Shown here: in pieces, positions 41,310 through 52,360 of the stretch | How the letters are laid out: each line of letters begins with the position of its first letter | Numbering within the stretch: the first letter of the stretch is position 1 | NCBI GenBank assembly: GCA_963710605.1 | Contig: CAVQBA010000004.1 | Span: forward strand, 832,001-896,000 | DNA length: 64,000 bases | Direction of reading: 5' to 3' | From: an uncultured cyanobacterium | Lineage (GTDB): Bacteria > Cyanobacteriota > Cyanobacteriia > Cyanobacteriales > Cyanobacteriaceae | Notes under the pieces: generated by a model | Seen by the model: the letters and a program-made list of their open reading frames with translations, nothing else | Told to the model about the DNA's origin: nothing | The model's database searches: none | Translations under genes and position numbers: made by a program

Positions 41310-42560
41310 TTAAATAAAATTGCCACCAGATTTAGCGAGCAAGGCTGTACCAAAAGCCGCTTGTGTTTGAGCAGATATTCTGACGGGTACATTCAATTGT
41401 TTTTCTCGAATCTTTCGCCAAACAGCGTTTTTTGCCCCTCCTCCTGCTGTATAAACTTGTGTAAGTGAGTTTGCTCCTAATTCTTCTAGAAGTCGATAAC
41501 CTTGTGCTTCTATACGAGCTATTCCTTCAAATAATCCTTGTAAGAAAATATGTCGATCGTTTGAGCGAGGAGTTAGTACTGGCTCTAAATCAGGATTGTT
41601 AATCGGAAACCTTTCCCCTTTGTTTAAGAGAGGATAATATTCTAAGTTAGTCTGATAATCGGGATTAATTTGTTGAGTTAATTGTTCTAATTCTCGATCG
41701 TCAAAAAAGTTTTTGAGTACAGCACCACCAGTATTAGAAGCACCGCCAACTAACCATAAATTACCTAACTTATGGCTATAAATACCATAATGACTATCAT
41801 CAATTTTTTGCTCACTTAATAATTTTAAAACTAAAGTTGAACCTAAAGATGTAACCGCTTCACCAACAGTATTTACGCCACTAGCTAAAAAGGCGGCAAT
41901 ACTATCGGTTGTTCCTGCTTTTACTACACAATCGGGATTAATATGATACTTTTGGGCAATATTGCTTTTAATGAGACTAATCTCTTCTCCTGGAGTTTTC
42001 ACTTGAGGTAACACCGAGACAAAAGGTTGATTTTGAAGCCAAAGAGGATATTCTAAATTGATTAAATCGTAACCTAACTTCAGAGCATTATGATAATCAC
42101 TAATGCCTAATTGTCCATGTAACAAAAACCCCAGCCAATCAGCTTGATGTAATAAATAATAGTCATCTTGCCATGAAACTTCTTGGTAGTAATAATGAAG
42201 TTTGGCTAAACTAGAAGTGGCACTCAAACAATAATGATTTTCAGGTACTATTTGCTTAAGTTGAGTTAAATATTTTTTAGCTCTATTATCGTTATACCAA
42301 AGAGGTTCGGTAACTACATTACCTAAACGATCGCATAATATTACAGTACTAGACGTGGCATCAATAGCGATCGCTTTCAAGTGTTGAGAAATAGAGTCAG
42401 GAATTTGTCGCAACAAAGATTCTAAAGCTTGTTGCCAATGATGAGGATTCTGATAACCAGACTGATTGGCAACAAGTGTCAAAATAATATTTTGTTGATC
42501 ATCAATAACGATCGCTCTAGCACCCGATGTACCAAAATCTAAACCTAAAAAATAAGACAA
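41310..42560 (-). CDS. FGGY-family carbohydrate kinase (D-ribulose kinase-like)
   Basis: GLDFGTSGAR, GTTDSIAA, SLGSTL, GGASNTGG and AGGGAKN. Confidence 0.9.
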   Translation of the reverse strand: MSYFLGLDFGTSGARAIVIDDQQNIILTLVANQSGYQNPHHWQQALESLLRQIPDSISQHLKAIAIDATSSTVILCDRLGNVVTEPLWYNDNRAKKYLTQLKQIVPENHYCLSATSSLAKLHYYYQEVSWQDDYYLLHQADWLGFLLHGQLGISDYHNALKLGYDLINLEYPLWLQNQPFVSVLPQVKTPGEEISLIKSNIAQKYHINPDCVVKAGTTDSIAAFLASGVNTVGEAVTSLGSTLVLKLLSEQKIDDSHYGIYSHKLGNLWLVGGASNTGGAVLKNFFDDRELEQLTQQINPDYQTNLEYYPLLNKGERFPINNPDLEPVLTPRSNDRHIFLQGLFEGIARIEAQGYRLLEELGANSLTQVYTAGGGAKNAVWRKIREKQLNVPVRISAQTQAAFGTALLAKSGGNFI

Positions 42561-42803
42561 TGAATTAGATAACTAATGATAGATTAAAGAGTAAGTGTAT
42601 TTTGTCTTGTTAATTGTTAATTGTCAATCATTGATTGGTAAAAAGTTGAGTCGATACTCAATAGATATAATTTAATTAAAACTAACAATTGCGATCGCTG
42701 ATTTTTGAGAATGAATAAATGCTAATTTTCAAGAACTACGGTTAATAGTCAAGATGGGGATTATAATGATTGCTATTGCTGTGGAAAATTTTTACTCGCT
42801 CAA

Positions 42804-43523
42804 ATGACTTTTATCTTAACTAATGATGATGGAATTGATGCTAACGGAATGAATGCTCTTCAAAAAGCTGTCCAAGGAGATAAGATAATTACAATTGCTC
42901 CTAATCGTCAGTATTCAGGTTGTGGACATCAAATAACTGTTAGAACACCTATTGGCGTAGAGCAAAGAAACGATCGTGCTTATGCAGTTAATGGCACACC
43001 TGTTGATTGTGTTCGTCTAGCAGTTAGTGAACTTCATCCTAATTGTACTTGGGTGCTGTCGGGAATCAACTCAGGAGGCAATCTAGGGGTTGATATTTAT
43101 CTTTCAGGTACAGTTGGTGCGGTGAGAGAAGCGGCTATTTTAGGTAAACGTGCGATCGCTATTTCGCAAACAATTAAATCCCCACTGAAAATTGATTGGG
43201 ATTGGACGACAATTACCAGCAAAAGAGTAATTGATTTTTTACTAACTCAACAAACTCCTCCTGGTTGCTTTTGGAATGTAAACTTACCTCATTTACCAGA
43301 TAACAGCCCCGAACCAAAAATGGTTTTTTGTCCTCCAAGTATTGATTCTTTGCCCGTTAGCTTTATCAAACAAGATAATAAGTATTCTTATCAAGGAAAA
43401 TATCATCAAAGAAAAAGAACACCTAACACTGATGTTGATGTTTGTTTTGGGGGTGATATATCGATTAGTTTGATTAGTTTACATTACGAATCAGTAATTA
43501 AAACACAAGTAATAAATAAATAA
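42804..43523 (+). CDS. surE: 5'/3'-nucleotidase SurE
   Basis: LTNDDG, SGCGH, GTPVDCV and SGIN.GGNLG...YLSGTV. Confidence 0.93.
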   Translation: MTFILTNDDGIDANGMNALQKAVQGDKIITIAPNRQYSGCGHQITVRTPIGVEQRNDRAYAVNGTPVDCVRLAVSELHPNCTWVLSGINSGGNLGVDIYLSGTVGAVREAAILGKRAIAISQTIKSPLKIDWDWTTITSKRVIDFLLTQQTPPGCFWNVNLPHLPDNSPEPKMVFCPPSIDSLPVSFIKQDNKYSYQGKYHQRKRTPNTDVDVCFGGDISISLISLHYESVIKTQVINK

Positions 43524-43554
43524 TTTGAAAGTAAGTCTCAATTAGTTATTAATC

Positions 43555-44169
43555 TTATTCGTAAACTACTCCTCTATATGATCTTTTTTTATTGATCATA
43601 TTTTGGTTATTTGTGGATGAGTTATTTGTGGGTTTATCATCATTAATATTTTTAGTAGTTTCCAACCCTCTATATTTTGTAGCTGAAATTGAAATATCTA
43701 AATTATTAGTTAATTTTGAATTGTTATCATCAATAGTATTTGCTTTTAAAGATTTATTAAGATTACCTTCAGATTGAGCATCTCTAATATATACATTCAT
43801 CTGCGGTTGATAACTTTTACCTTTGCTTTCGCTTTCGCTTTTATTGTTATAATTTTGATTATAAGTTATCGAGGGAGCTTGCTCTACTTTGATTTGAGAA
43901 CTAGTAGGAATCGATTTTTTTGGGTTATTACTAACAACGGGCTTTTCTTCTTCCCAGATAGTATAAGAGTAATTCGTTTCTGTAATAAAACTATCTTTAC
44001 CTGTTTGAGCCATTTCTTGACAGATATCTAATGCTTTTTGCAAGAACTTTTTTGGTAAATCTGATTTACGGCTAAATTCTCGGCTTAAATAATGTAAAGA
44101 ACGAGCTTTTTGGACTGCTAAAATCGATACTCCTTGTTTTTCCAAATCTTCTGGTTTTAGTAATTTCAT
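43555..44169 (-). CDS. Hypothetical protein with YRG motifs (DUF4278-like C-terminus)
   Basis: Low-complexity middle region; KYRGL and SYRGVVYE at the C-terminus. Confidence 0.65.
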   Translation of the reverse strand: MKLLKPEDLEKQGVSILAVQKARSLHYLSREFSRKSDLPKKFLQKALDICQEMAQTGKDSFITETNYSYTIWEEEKPVVSNNPKKSIPTSSQIKVEQAPSITYNQNYNNKSESESKGKSYQPQMNVYIRDAQSEGNLNKSLKANTIDDNNSKLTNNLDISISATKYRGLETTKNINDDKPTNNSSTNNQNMINKKRSYRGVVYE

Positions 44170-44393
44170 GATCAGTAATAATTTGTGTAATTAAATTTGA
44201 CTTTTGGAGTAACTTCCGACGATCGATTTTTTTAATGAGCAGAAAACGTTACTACTCACTTTTGTTTTCTTTAATCTAACTGTCAAAAATAATTTCAGCG
44301 TATTTGTGTAAGTAATACCTAAATAAAAATTGTGTCTATCACCATATTTTAACTTAAGTAATTTATTTTAAAAGTAAATTTAATCACCAAATT

Positions 44394-44831
44394 TTAAATT
44401 TTATAACTACGGTATTTGAGTTTTTGATGATGATTTTCCCGAATAAGCAAACGCCAAGTTTTTCCCGACGATTGCCTTTGCAAATCAAGCTGGAAATTAT
44501 TAGTAATTTTTTTTCTTTTTGATTTGTTTAATCGCCAACTAATTTGACAGTTACCTTCTAAATGATACGTAGGAAGGTTAAGTTTGATTGTTGGTTCGAT
44601 TTTATTAACGTTAATTTTGAGGATTTTAAATGCGGGTTGCTCTGTTTTTAGTTGCTCACTTATTTGTTGATACTTTTGTTCTAATTGAATTTTGATTGCT
44701 TTTTCAATTATTTTTGGTGAAGGAGTTAATTCTAATGGTGCCTGAGTCGTGGTGCATCCATTAATAAAGATAATTAAACAACTTAAAGCGATAATAGTAT
44801 ATCTGTTAAATAACGATCGTGCTAAGTTCAT
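44394..44831 (-). CDS. Hypothetical lipoprotein
   Basis: Lipobox-like INGC after a hydrophobic leader; PTYHLEG and KTWRL. Confidence 0.7.
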   Translation of the reverse strand: MNLARSLFNRYTIIALSCLIIFINGCTTTQAPLELTPSPKIIEKAIKIQLEQKYQQISEQLKTEQPAFKILKINVNKIEPTIKLNLPTYHLEGNCQISWRLNKSKRKKITNNFQLDLQRQSSGKTWRLLIRENHHQKLKYRSYKI

Positions 44832-44977
44832 TTTCTAGGGCGTGTATATCTTCTATTGCTTAAACATCAGTCTCAAAAACAATGGTTAAGCGATCTTACT
44901 TTTAAATTTGATTAAATATAATTAAGATAAGCTGTATCCTTGCTATATGATATTTTTACATACGCACTCACTAAATA

Positions 44978-45994
44978 ATGTTAAGTAATTTTGATAGTAG
45001 CAACAATTCATTAATTATCCTCAAAAAGTCGCTACAACAAACAACAATTAAGCTGGAAAAAGCGATCGATTTGATTGAAAAAAGTAATAATCAACCATTA
45101 TCTAATTTAGTGAGACTGGAAAAAACTCTAGCTCGCAATAGTGATCTTTTGCTTAGTTATTTACAAGATAGCAATCAGATTCAAAATATTATCACGAATA
45201 ATGATCAATTTACCACAATTGACGATCGATTACCATCACAAGAATTACAGGTAAATCAAATAGATTCTGTTTCTAACAAGCAGAAAAACAATAATTCTTC
45301 ACCATCAAAACAAAAATCTCAACCTAAAGTTAATCTAATTATTTTATCAGTTTTAATTATTAGTTTATGTTTTAATGTTTATGCTTTTTTAAACGATCGT
45401 CAATTAGTCTCAGCGATAAATAATAATTTCAATCAAGAAATAACAATTACTCCAAATATTGATGAGCAAAAAAATAGACCAACTGAATTAATAGATAACG
45501 ATCGTGATTCAATTAAACCTGTAGAAAATAATCAAGAAAATAATAACACGCAACTAAATAATTCACCCTTAAATGAAGATAACACTAAGTTTTCTGATGA
45601 TAACAAAATGGATTTACCACAACTAGATATTACAACGACTGTACCTATTATAGAAGAACCTAAGCCAATACCTTTACCAAATAATGCCAAGGAAAATCAG
45701 ACAAAAAAAAGTAGTTTATTGATTGCGATCGAAAAACAAATAAATGAAATTAGCGATCGGTATCAACCAGATTTAATTAGTAAAATAATACCTAATTATA
45801 CGAATAATAGTTTGATTATTTATGTAAATGATGATTGGCAAAACTTAAGCGAAAAAGAAAAAGACAAATTAAGTAACGAACTTTATCAACAAGCGAAAAT
45901 ATTAGATTTTTATCGTTTCCAATTAAAAACAATTGATGGTAATTTACTGGCAAGAAATGCAGTTATTAAAGATCAACTAATAATCAATTTTTAA
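44978..45994 (+). CDS. Hypothetical single-TM membrane protein
   Basis: One TM, an N/P-rich linker and C-terminal DDWQNLS...GNLLARN. Confidence 0.75.
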   Translation: MLSNFDSSNNSLIILKKSLQQTTIKLEKAIDLIEKSNNQPLSNLVRLEKTLARNSDLLLSYLQDSNQIQNIITNNDQFTTIDDRLPSQELQVNQIDSVSNKQKNNNSSPSKQKSQPKVNLIILSVLIISLCFNVYAFLNDRQLVSAINNNFNQEITITPNIDEQKNRPTELIDNDRDSIKPVENNQENNNTQLNNSPLNEDNTKFSDDNKMDLPQLDITTTVPIIEEPKPIPLPNNAKENQTKKSSLLIAIEKQINEISDRYQPDLISKIIPNYTNNSLIIYVNDDWQNLSEKEKDKLSNELYQQAKILDFYRFQLKTIDGNLLARNAVIKDQLIINF

Positions 45995-46215
45995 AAAAAG
46001 TAATCAGTAAAAGCTAATCATCGAATAATCTTTGTAGCTATTACCTCAAAAAGTTTAAGACAAGATTGTTACAAAAATAATTGTTCACTGTTATTATCTG
46101 TTCACTATAGACATTGTTGATTATTATTTGTGATCGGTTACTTATTTTTTGTTGACAAAGATGACAGCAAAAAGTTACCATGGAAAATTGTGAGTTTTCA
46201 TAACAATAAATCTCA

Positions 46216-46638
46216 ATGTCTATAAATGCAACTGCGATAATTCAGTCGATCGAGGCTGATTATAAGAAAGACAAAGTAACATCTGTCTATGTCGGCGACA
46301 CCATTAAAGTGGGTGTTCGTATCCAAGAAGGTGGGAAAGAAAGAATTCAGCCTTTTGAAGGCACTGTCATTGCCATGCGTCATGGTGGCATTAACAAAAC
46401 CATTACCGTCAGAAAAATATTTCAAGGTGTCGGTGTAGAGAGAGTATTTTTAGTACACTCTCCTATTGTTGCCGATATTGAAATACTTCGTCGAGGTAAA
46501 GTAAGAAGAGCTAAATTATTCTATTTACGCGATCGAGTCGGTAAAGCCACGAGGATTAAACAACGTTTTGATCGTCCTATTGAAACGAATAAACCCGCTA
46601 AAACTAGTAAGAAGAAAAAAGGTAGAAAGAAAAAATAG
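46216..46638 (+). CDS. rplS: 50S ribosomal protein L19
   Basis: GVGVERVF and [19 protein letters not shown]18-TACCAT promoter at 46152-46181. Confidence 0.97.
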   Translation: MSINATAIIQSIEADYKKDKVTSVYVGDTIKVGVRIQEGGKERIQPFEGTVIAMRHGGINKTITVRKIFQGVGVERVFLVHSPIVADIEILRRGKVRRAKLFYLRDRVGKATRIKQRFDRPIETNKPAKTSKKKKGRKKK

Positions 46639-46767
46639 TTTGAATCTAAACTAAAAAAGAAGATTAATTAGCCGAACTTTTGTCAAAGCAAAAAACAACT
46701 GTTTACCCCGAATAATTATTCAACTAACTTGACAAACGAGGAATTAATAGCTATATTATAGTACTAT

Positions 46768-46840
46768 ACGTCCTTAGTTCAGTTGGTAGAACGTTGGTCT
46801 CCAAAACCAAATGTCAGGGGTTCAAGTCCTCTAGGACGTG
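46768..46840 (+). tRNA. tRNA-Trp(CCA)
   Basis: ACGTCCT/AGGACGT acceptor and anticodon CCA; TTGACA-N17-TATATT promoter at 46729-46757; usual position before secE. Confidence 0.95.
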
Positions 46841-46967
46841 TTTTGAAACTTAATAAAGGTATCTGTAACCGAGTTGATCTGTCTTACAATAGATATTAAA
46901 CTATTTACTTTGTGCTGGGTAACCATAAATTACCTGCTCAGAAAACTGATTTAATGAGGCAATAATC

Positions 46968-47201
46968 GTGACGAGTAAAGATACAATCAAATCCAAAGAT
47001 GCCAGCGAAAAGGCTAGTAAAGGTAGCGACAAAAATAACCTAATAAATGATACCAAGCAAGAATTAGCAAAAGTAGTTTGGCCTTCGCGTCAACAACTAC
47101 TCAGCGAATCTATAGCGGTAATCTTGATGGTAATCGTCGTCGCAACTCTAATTTACTTAGTCGATCAATTATTTGGCTGGTTAGCAGGGATGGTATTCTA
47201 A
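46968..47201 (+). CDS. secE: Preprotein translocase subunit SecE
   Basis: ELAKVVWPSR plus one TM. Confidence 0.95.
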   Translation: MTSKDTIKSKDASEKASKGSDKNNLINDTKQELAKVVWPSRQQLLSESIAVILMVIVVATLIYLVDQLFGWLAGMVF

Positions 47202-47202
47202 A

Positions 47203-47823
47203 ATGACTTATTCGCAGGATAACGAATCAGATCAGCAACAACAAACAACTAAAGCCGTTGGCAAACCACGTTGGTATGTTGTTCAAGTCGGTTCGGGGTG
47301 TGAAAAAAAAGTTCAAGCCGATCTTGAACAAAGAATAGCTAGTTTTGACTTAACCGATCGTATATTACAAATTAGAATCCCTCAAACACCAACCATTAAA
47401 GTTAGAAAAGATGGCAAACGTTATGAAGGTTCAGAAAAAATATTACCCGGTTATGTCTTAATTGAAATGATTTTAGATGATGACGCTTGGCAAGCGGTTA
47501 AAAACACATCTAATGTAATTAACTTCGTCGGTTCAGAAAAAAGAAGAACAGTCGGTAGAGGAAGAGGGCACGTCATGCCTGTACCTTTATCACCTTCTGA
47601 AGTAGCCCGTATCTTCAAAGAAATAAATGAAGCCGAACCTGTAGTCAAGATTGATACCCAAGTGGGAGACAAAATCATGGTGATAGATGGCCCATTCAAA
47701 GACTTTGGTGGTGAAGTGATAGAAGTTAGTACAGAACAAAACAAACTCAAAGCATTATTATCCATTTTTGGGCGTGATACACCCGTAGAATTGGAATTTA
47801 AGCAAGTAGAAAAACAAGGATAA
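47203..47823 (+). CDS. nusG: Transcription factor NusG
   Basis: WYVVQV.SG.E, PGYVL, KOW domain and IFGRDTPVELEF. Confidence 0.97.
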   Translation: MTYSQDNESDQQQQTTKAVGKPRWYVVQVGSGCEKKVQADLEQRIASFDLTDRILQIRIPQTPTIKVRKDGKRYEGSEKILPGYVLIEMILDDDAWQAVKNTSNVINFVGSEKRRTVGRGRGHVMPVPLSPSEVARIFKEINEAEPVVKIDTQVGDKIMVIDGPFKDFGGEVIEVSTEQNKLKALLSIFGRDTPVELEFKQVEKQG

Positions 47824-47841
47824 AAAGGAAAAATTTAAATA

Positions 47842-48267
47842 ATGGCTAAAAAAGTCACCGCCTTAATTAAACTCGCTTTACCTGCGGGTAAAGCTAACCC
47901 AGCACCTCCAGTAGGACCTGCTTTAGGTCAACATGGTGTTAATATTATGGCGTTTTGTAAAGAGTACAATGCCAAAACTTCTAGCCAAGCAGGAATGATT
48001 ATTCCTGTAGAAATCTCGGTTTATGAAGATCGTAGTTTTACTTTTATTCTCAAAACACCTCCTGCCGCTGTCTTAATTAAAAAAGCGATCGGGCTTGAGA
48101 AAGGTTCAAAAGAGCCTAATCGAATCAAAGTTGCCAAAATAAACCGTGCGCAATTAGAAGAAATCGCTCAAACAAAAATGACAGACCTCAATGCCAATGA
48201 TATTGATGCAGCCGTCAAAATTATTGCTGGTACTGCCCGTAATATGGGTGTTACCGTTGTTGATTAA
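47842..48267 (+). CDS. rplK: 50S ribosomal protein L11
   Basis: [18 protein letters not shown]. Confidence 0.98.
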   Translation: MAKKVTALIKLALPAGKANPAPPVGPALGQHGVNIMAFCKEYNAKTSSQAGMIIPVEISVYEDRSFTFILKTPPAAVLIKKAIGLEKGSKEPNRIKVAKINRAQLEEIAQTKMTDLNANDIDAAVKIIAGTARNMGVTVVD

Positions 48268-48394
48268 TTTGTTAATACTTTATTAAGTCACAATCGCTAT
48301 ATTTTAGTTAACAATTCGTTGTTACAAAATAAATCAATTCAATTGAGAAAAACCTCGCATCACAAATCACTATTTTTTTAATTAGTGAATATAA

Positions 48395-48427
48395 GGGGAG
48401 AGGTAATTACTTCGTTAGTTTACCCAA
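48395..48427 (+). promoter_or_regulatory. Putative L1-binding autoregulatory leader
   Basis: GGGGAG-aggtaattacttc-gttagttt-ACCC hairpin directly before rplA, resembling L1 mRNA target sites. Confidence 0.45.
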
Positions 48428-48444
48428 GAAAATACATTACATTA

Positions 48445-49152
48445 ATGAGTAACAAAATAAGTCGTCGATATAAAGAAGCCTTAGCTAAAGTAGAAGATCG
48501 TTCTTATCAACCTTTAGAGGCTTTACATTTATTAAAAGAAACTGCTACTGCTAAATTTGATGAAACAGCAGAAGTACATATCCGTTTAGGAATCGATCCT
48601 AAATATACAGATCAACAATTAAGAACTACTGTTAGTTTACCTAAAGGTACAGGGCAAACCGTGAGAGTTGCTGTGATTACCAGAGGGGAACAAGTCCAAG
48701 AAGCTAATGATAACGGTGCGGATTTGGTCGGAGATGAAGATTTGATCGGTGAAATCCAAAAAGGAATGATGGATTTTGATGTTTTAATTGCAACTCCTGA
48801 TATGATGCCTAAAATCGCTAGATTAGGTCGTGTTTTAGGACCAAAAGGTTTGATGCCTTCTCCTAAAGGTGGTACTGTTACTACCGATTTAGCTAGTGCA
48901 ATTAGTGCATTTAAAGCAGGTAAATTAGAATTCAGAGCCGACAAAGCCGGTACTGTACACGTATTGTTTGGTAAGTCTTCATTTTCTGCTGATGATTTGT
49001 TAGCTAATTTAAAAGCAATTCAAGAAATAGTCGATCGTCAACGTCCATCTGGGGCTAAAGGTCGTTATTGGCGTAGTGTTTATGTATCTGCGTCTATGGG
49101 ACCATCGATCGAAATTGATATTAACTCTCTAAGAGATTATAAATTTGAATAA
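48445..49152 (+). CDS. rplA: 50S ribosomal protein L1
   Basis: AKFDET, LPKGTG and [15 protein letters not shown]; start set at ATG 48445. Confidence 0.97.
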   Translation: MSNKISRRYKEALAKVEDRSYQPLEALHLLKETATAKFDETAEVHIRLGIDPKYTDQQLRTTVSLPKGTGQTVRVAVITRGEQVQEANDNGADLVGDEDLIGEIQKGMMDFDVLIATPDMMPKIARLGRVLGPKGLMPSPKGGTVTTDLASAISAFKAGKLEFRADKAGTVHVLFGKSSFSADDLLANLKAIQEIVDRQRPSGAKGRYWRSVYVSASMGPSIEIDINSLRDYKFE

Positions 49153-49185
49153 TTATCTTTAATTAAGAATTAATTATTAATCACT

Positions 49186-49221
49186 AAAAAAAATCCTCCC
49201 TTTTAACGGGGAGGAAAAAAA
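49186..49221 (-). terminator. Hairpin terminator between rplA and the convergent PEP-CTERM gene
   Basis: tcctccc...gggagga stem flanked by A-runs, giving a U-tail on the minus strand. Confidence 0.7.
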
Positions 49222-49241
49222 TTGTGAATAAAAAGAAAAAA

Positions 49242-49904
49242 TTAAGCGTTTGTGCCTTTTCTTTTTTTCATTACAGCACCAAAACCACCAGCTAAAAGTG
49301 TACCTAAGATAGTTACAGGTTCAGGTACTTTTTCACCAGGATTTTGAGGAGCAACCTTTTCAACTGTCAATTCACTAAATTGAAGTATTCCTAGCAAATC
49401 ATTGTCAGGAAATTCATCGTCGATCAAAATAGTCATAACGTTAACAGGAACGCCTGCTTTCGCAGTAAATTGATTGCTAAAATCACTTCCAACCAAACGA
49501 CGGAAATCAGTCTCCGTAGAAGACTCACTACCTTGAGAAAATTTAGTCATGAAAGATCTTGCTTCATTACCCACAAAGCCAGGAAGATAGCTGATTAATT
49601 TAACGTCTTGATCAAATGTTAAATTAAAATCACTGTATTCTACAGGCTCGCCGTTACTGCAAAAATTACTTCCTTTATCATCACCAATACAAAGACCATC
49701 CATATCAACTCCTGCACCATTACCAGTATTAAAATTAGATGCAGTTAAGTTAATGCCGTCTGCCATAATAGATGTAGAATCAGCTCCATCTGTAAATCCT
49801 GTTAAATCGAAAGTAGCCGCCTGAGCTGATGAAGATAGAAGCCCAACGCTGACAAGTGCTCCTGCACCGATTATTGTCTGATTGATTATTTTTTGAGATA
49901 TCAC
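49242..49904 (-). CDS. PEP-CTERM sorting-domain surface protein
   Basis: Signal peptide ending AQA; C-terminal VPEP-TM-KKRK. Confidence 0.92.
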   Translation of the reverse strand: MISQKIINQTIIGAGALVSVGLLSSSAQAATFDLTGFTDGADSTSIMADGINLTASNFNTGNGAGVDMDGLCIGDDKGSNFCSNGEPVEYSDFNLTFDQDVKLISYLPGFVGNEARSFMTKFSQGSESSTETDFRRLVGSDFSNQFTAKAGVPVNVMTILIDDEFPDNDLLGILQFSELTVEKVAPQNPGEKVPEPVTILGTLLAGGFGAVMKKRKGTNA

Positions 49905-50481
49905 TTTATTTTCCTCTTTAATTTAATAATTATCGTAAGGGTTATAAATAATTATGAATTAATTATACATCCTTTTTTTATAAAATGGTTACTAAAGACA
50001 GTTTTTTTTTTAAATCTTAATCGAAAAAGCCTTTGTTTATATAGCAGTTAGTATTAAAACAAAGGGCAAAATTATTTTGGTAAAGATTTAAATTTATCCT
50101 TTAAATAATTTATTTTTCCCAACATGGTTTTAAATTGTGTTTTTAACTACAAACGGCAATTACGATGGTTAATTAAGCTGTTAGTAATCATCCAACTACA
50201 GATACTTAAGCCGTTTGTAAGTGCTTTATTAAAACAAACGTAGTTATTACTTAAGTTAATTTACCTAGTCCAAAAGAAGTATAAATGATGAGATACATTT
50301 AATTAAAAATATTTACCCAATATCCCTTAAATATAGTAAATAAAAGTATTAAAGCATACAGATAAACTATTATTTTTAACGTATTCAATACGATCGTTGA
50401 TAATTTATTTATTAATGAGTAATTATTTTGAGTTTTAGTTATCTATTTTGAGTTATTTGAAAATTAAAAATAACTGATGTT

Positions 50482-50966
50482 TTACCAACGAGCAAAATGA
50501 TTTTTGACCCAGTCTATACCAGTCTCACATTGTTTAATTTGATTTTTTGCGGCATGGCGTAATAGATTATGTTAAGTATATTTGCATCTTGTGCTACTAC
50601 TACCTCACTTAAATTAAAAAACTGATTTTTGAGTAATTTTGCGATCGGATTACTTAAATAACCAAATAACAAAACATAAGTTTTAGTAAGTGTAGGAGAT
50701 TCAGATACAAAAAAAATAATCTACTGTTGTGCTAATTTATTATCTAAACCATTTTCTCCAGAGAAAATAACCTCAAAAAGAAAGTAGTCTTTTAAATTAG
50801 CTTCAATAACATCAAGACGTAAAAATTGACTCTGTTGTTTCCATTTTTGCCAAAATATTTTTAATGCGGTTTGAGTATGAAAAAAGGCTTGTGAGTGATA
50901 GCCGTTATCAGTCACAAGGGCAACGGTAATCAGAAAAACTAAAGCAAAATGTCCTAATATACTCAT
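50482..50966 (-). pseudogene. Possible degraded gene of unknown family
   Basis: An 81-aa ORF followed by protein-like segments in shifting frames (FVSESPTLTK..., HNLLRHAAKNQIKQCETGIDWVKNHFARW*). Family not recognised. Confidence 0.3.
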
Positions 50967-51017
50967 TTTCTGCTATATCTAAACAATTAAAATTATAAGT
51001 AGAGACAGTATATCAAT

Positions 51018-51635
51018 ATGGAAAAATATTTACAAGTAAGTGAGGTGATTGATTGGCAACATTCTCAAGTTATAGCACAAGCCCAAAAAATTGCCTCAGG
51101 ATGTCAAACCAAAACGGAAATAGCCCAAAAATGTTTTGAATGGGTAAGAGACGAAATACATCATAGCTATGATTACCAAATGAATCCTTTGACTTGTAAA
51201 GCTTCAGAAGTTTTAAAACATAAGACAGGTTATTGCTTTGCTAAAAGTCATTTATTAGCGGCATTATTACGAGCAAATCAGATAAAAGCCGGTTTTTGTT
51301 ATCAGAGATTAAGTATAGACGATCGAGGTGCACCATTCAGTTTACATGGTTTTAATGCAGTTTATCTACCTGAAGATATTGGTTGGTATCGAGTTGATGC
51401 TAGAGGAAATAAACAAGGAGTGAGTGCTTTGTTTACTCCACCTAATGAGCAATTAGCTTACCAACCTCGATTACCTGAAGAAGCTGATTTTACTACTATT
51501 TTTGCCGAACCACTTGATGTTGTTGTTGAAGCTTTACAAAAATACAACACTTGGGATGAAATGCTTGATAATCTTCCCGATATTGAGCCAAATTTGCTTA
51601 GTGAGAGTATAAACTATAATGTATTGTCTCAGTGA
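51018..51635 (+). CDS. Transglutaminase-like family protein
   Basis: GYCFAKSHLLAALLRA, LHG and WYRVDARG (Cys-His-Asp triad). Confidence 0.92.
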   Translation: MEKYLQVSEVIDWQHSQVIAQAQKIASGCQTKTEIAQKCFEWVRDEIHHSYDYQMNPLTCKASEVLKHKTGYCFAKSHLLAALLRANQIKAGFCYQRLSIDDRGAPFSLHGFNAVYLPEDIGWYRVDARGNKQGVSALFTPPNEQLAYQPRLPEEADFTTIFAEPLDVVVEALQKYNTWDEMLDNLPDIEPNLLSESINYNVLSQ

Positions 51636-52360
51636 CTAATTCGGTAATTATTTTGATAGAAACACAAAATTTATCTTTAACTAATTTCGGCATACCTCGA
51701 TCGAGTTTAATTATTTCTTGTCAAGCACCTAGTGACTCGCCTTTACACGATGCTTCTATCATTGCTTCTATTGCCCAAGCCTGTATTAATCAAGGGGCAA
51801 AGGGTTTAAGGATTGATAGCCCGAGTCATATTAAAGCCGTCAAACAATTAATGCCTGATATTCCCGTTATTGGTTTATGGAAACAAATGGGGCTAGATAG
51901 TGATGTTTATATTACACCAAGAATTACTGATGCGATCGCAGTTAGTGAGGCAGGGGCGGAAATTATTGCCATTGATGCTACGACTAGAAATCGTCCTAAT
52001 GGCGAAAAAATGGCAGATATTATCACCTATATTCATGATGAGTTAGGTAAATTGGTGATGTCAGATATTGATACAATTGAAAATGCGATCGCATCTGAAG
52101 TAGCGGGAGCAGATTTAATCGGTACAACTCTTTATGGATATACCGCTCAAACGAAAGATTTTACTCCGCCCAGTTTTGATTTTATCGAGGAATTATTGAA
52201 GAAAACAAACAAACCGATTATCTGTGAAGGAGGAGTTAAAACACCATTATTCGCTAAAAAAGCACTTGAAATGGGATGTTATGCAGTCGTTGTTGGCACA
52301 GCAATTACAGGAGTTGATTTACTCGCTCAAAAATTCGTCAAAGAAATTAATAGTCAATAG
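51632..52360 (+). CDS. nanE: N-acetylmannosamine-6-phosphate 2-epimerase
   Basis: ISCQA...PLH, IGLWK, VYITP, IGTTLYGYT and VVVGTAIT. Confidence 0.93.
   Translation: MTNSVIILIETQNLSLTNFGIPRSSLIISCQAPSDSPLHDASIIASIAQACINQGAKGLRIDSPSHIKAVKQLMPDIPVIGLWKQMGLDSDVYITPRITDAIAVSEAGAEIIAIDATTRNRPNGEKMADIITYIHDELGKLVMSDIDTIENAIASEVAGADLIGTTLYGYTAQTKDFTPPSFDFIEELLKKTNKPIICEGGVKTPLFAKKALEMGCYAVVVGTAITGVDLLAQKFVKEINSQ

Noticed and set aside
48385..48444. N-terminal extension of RplA in the ORF track
   Set aside because: It overlaps the putative leader hairpin; the conserved start is ATG 48445.
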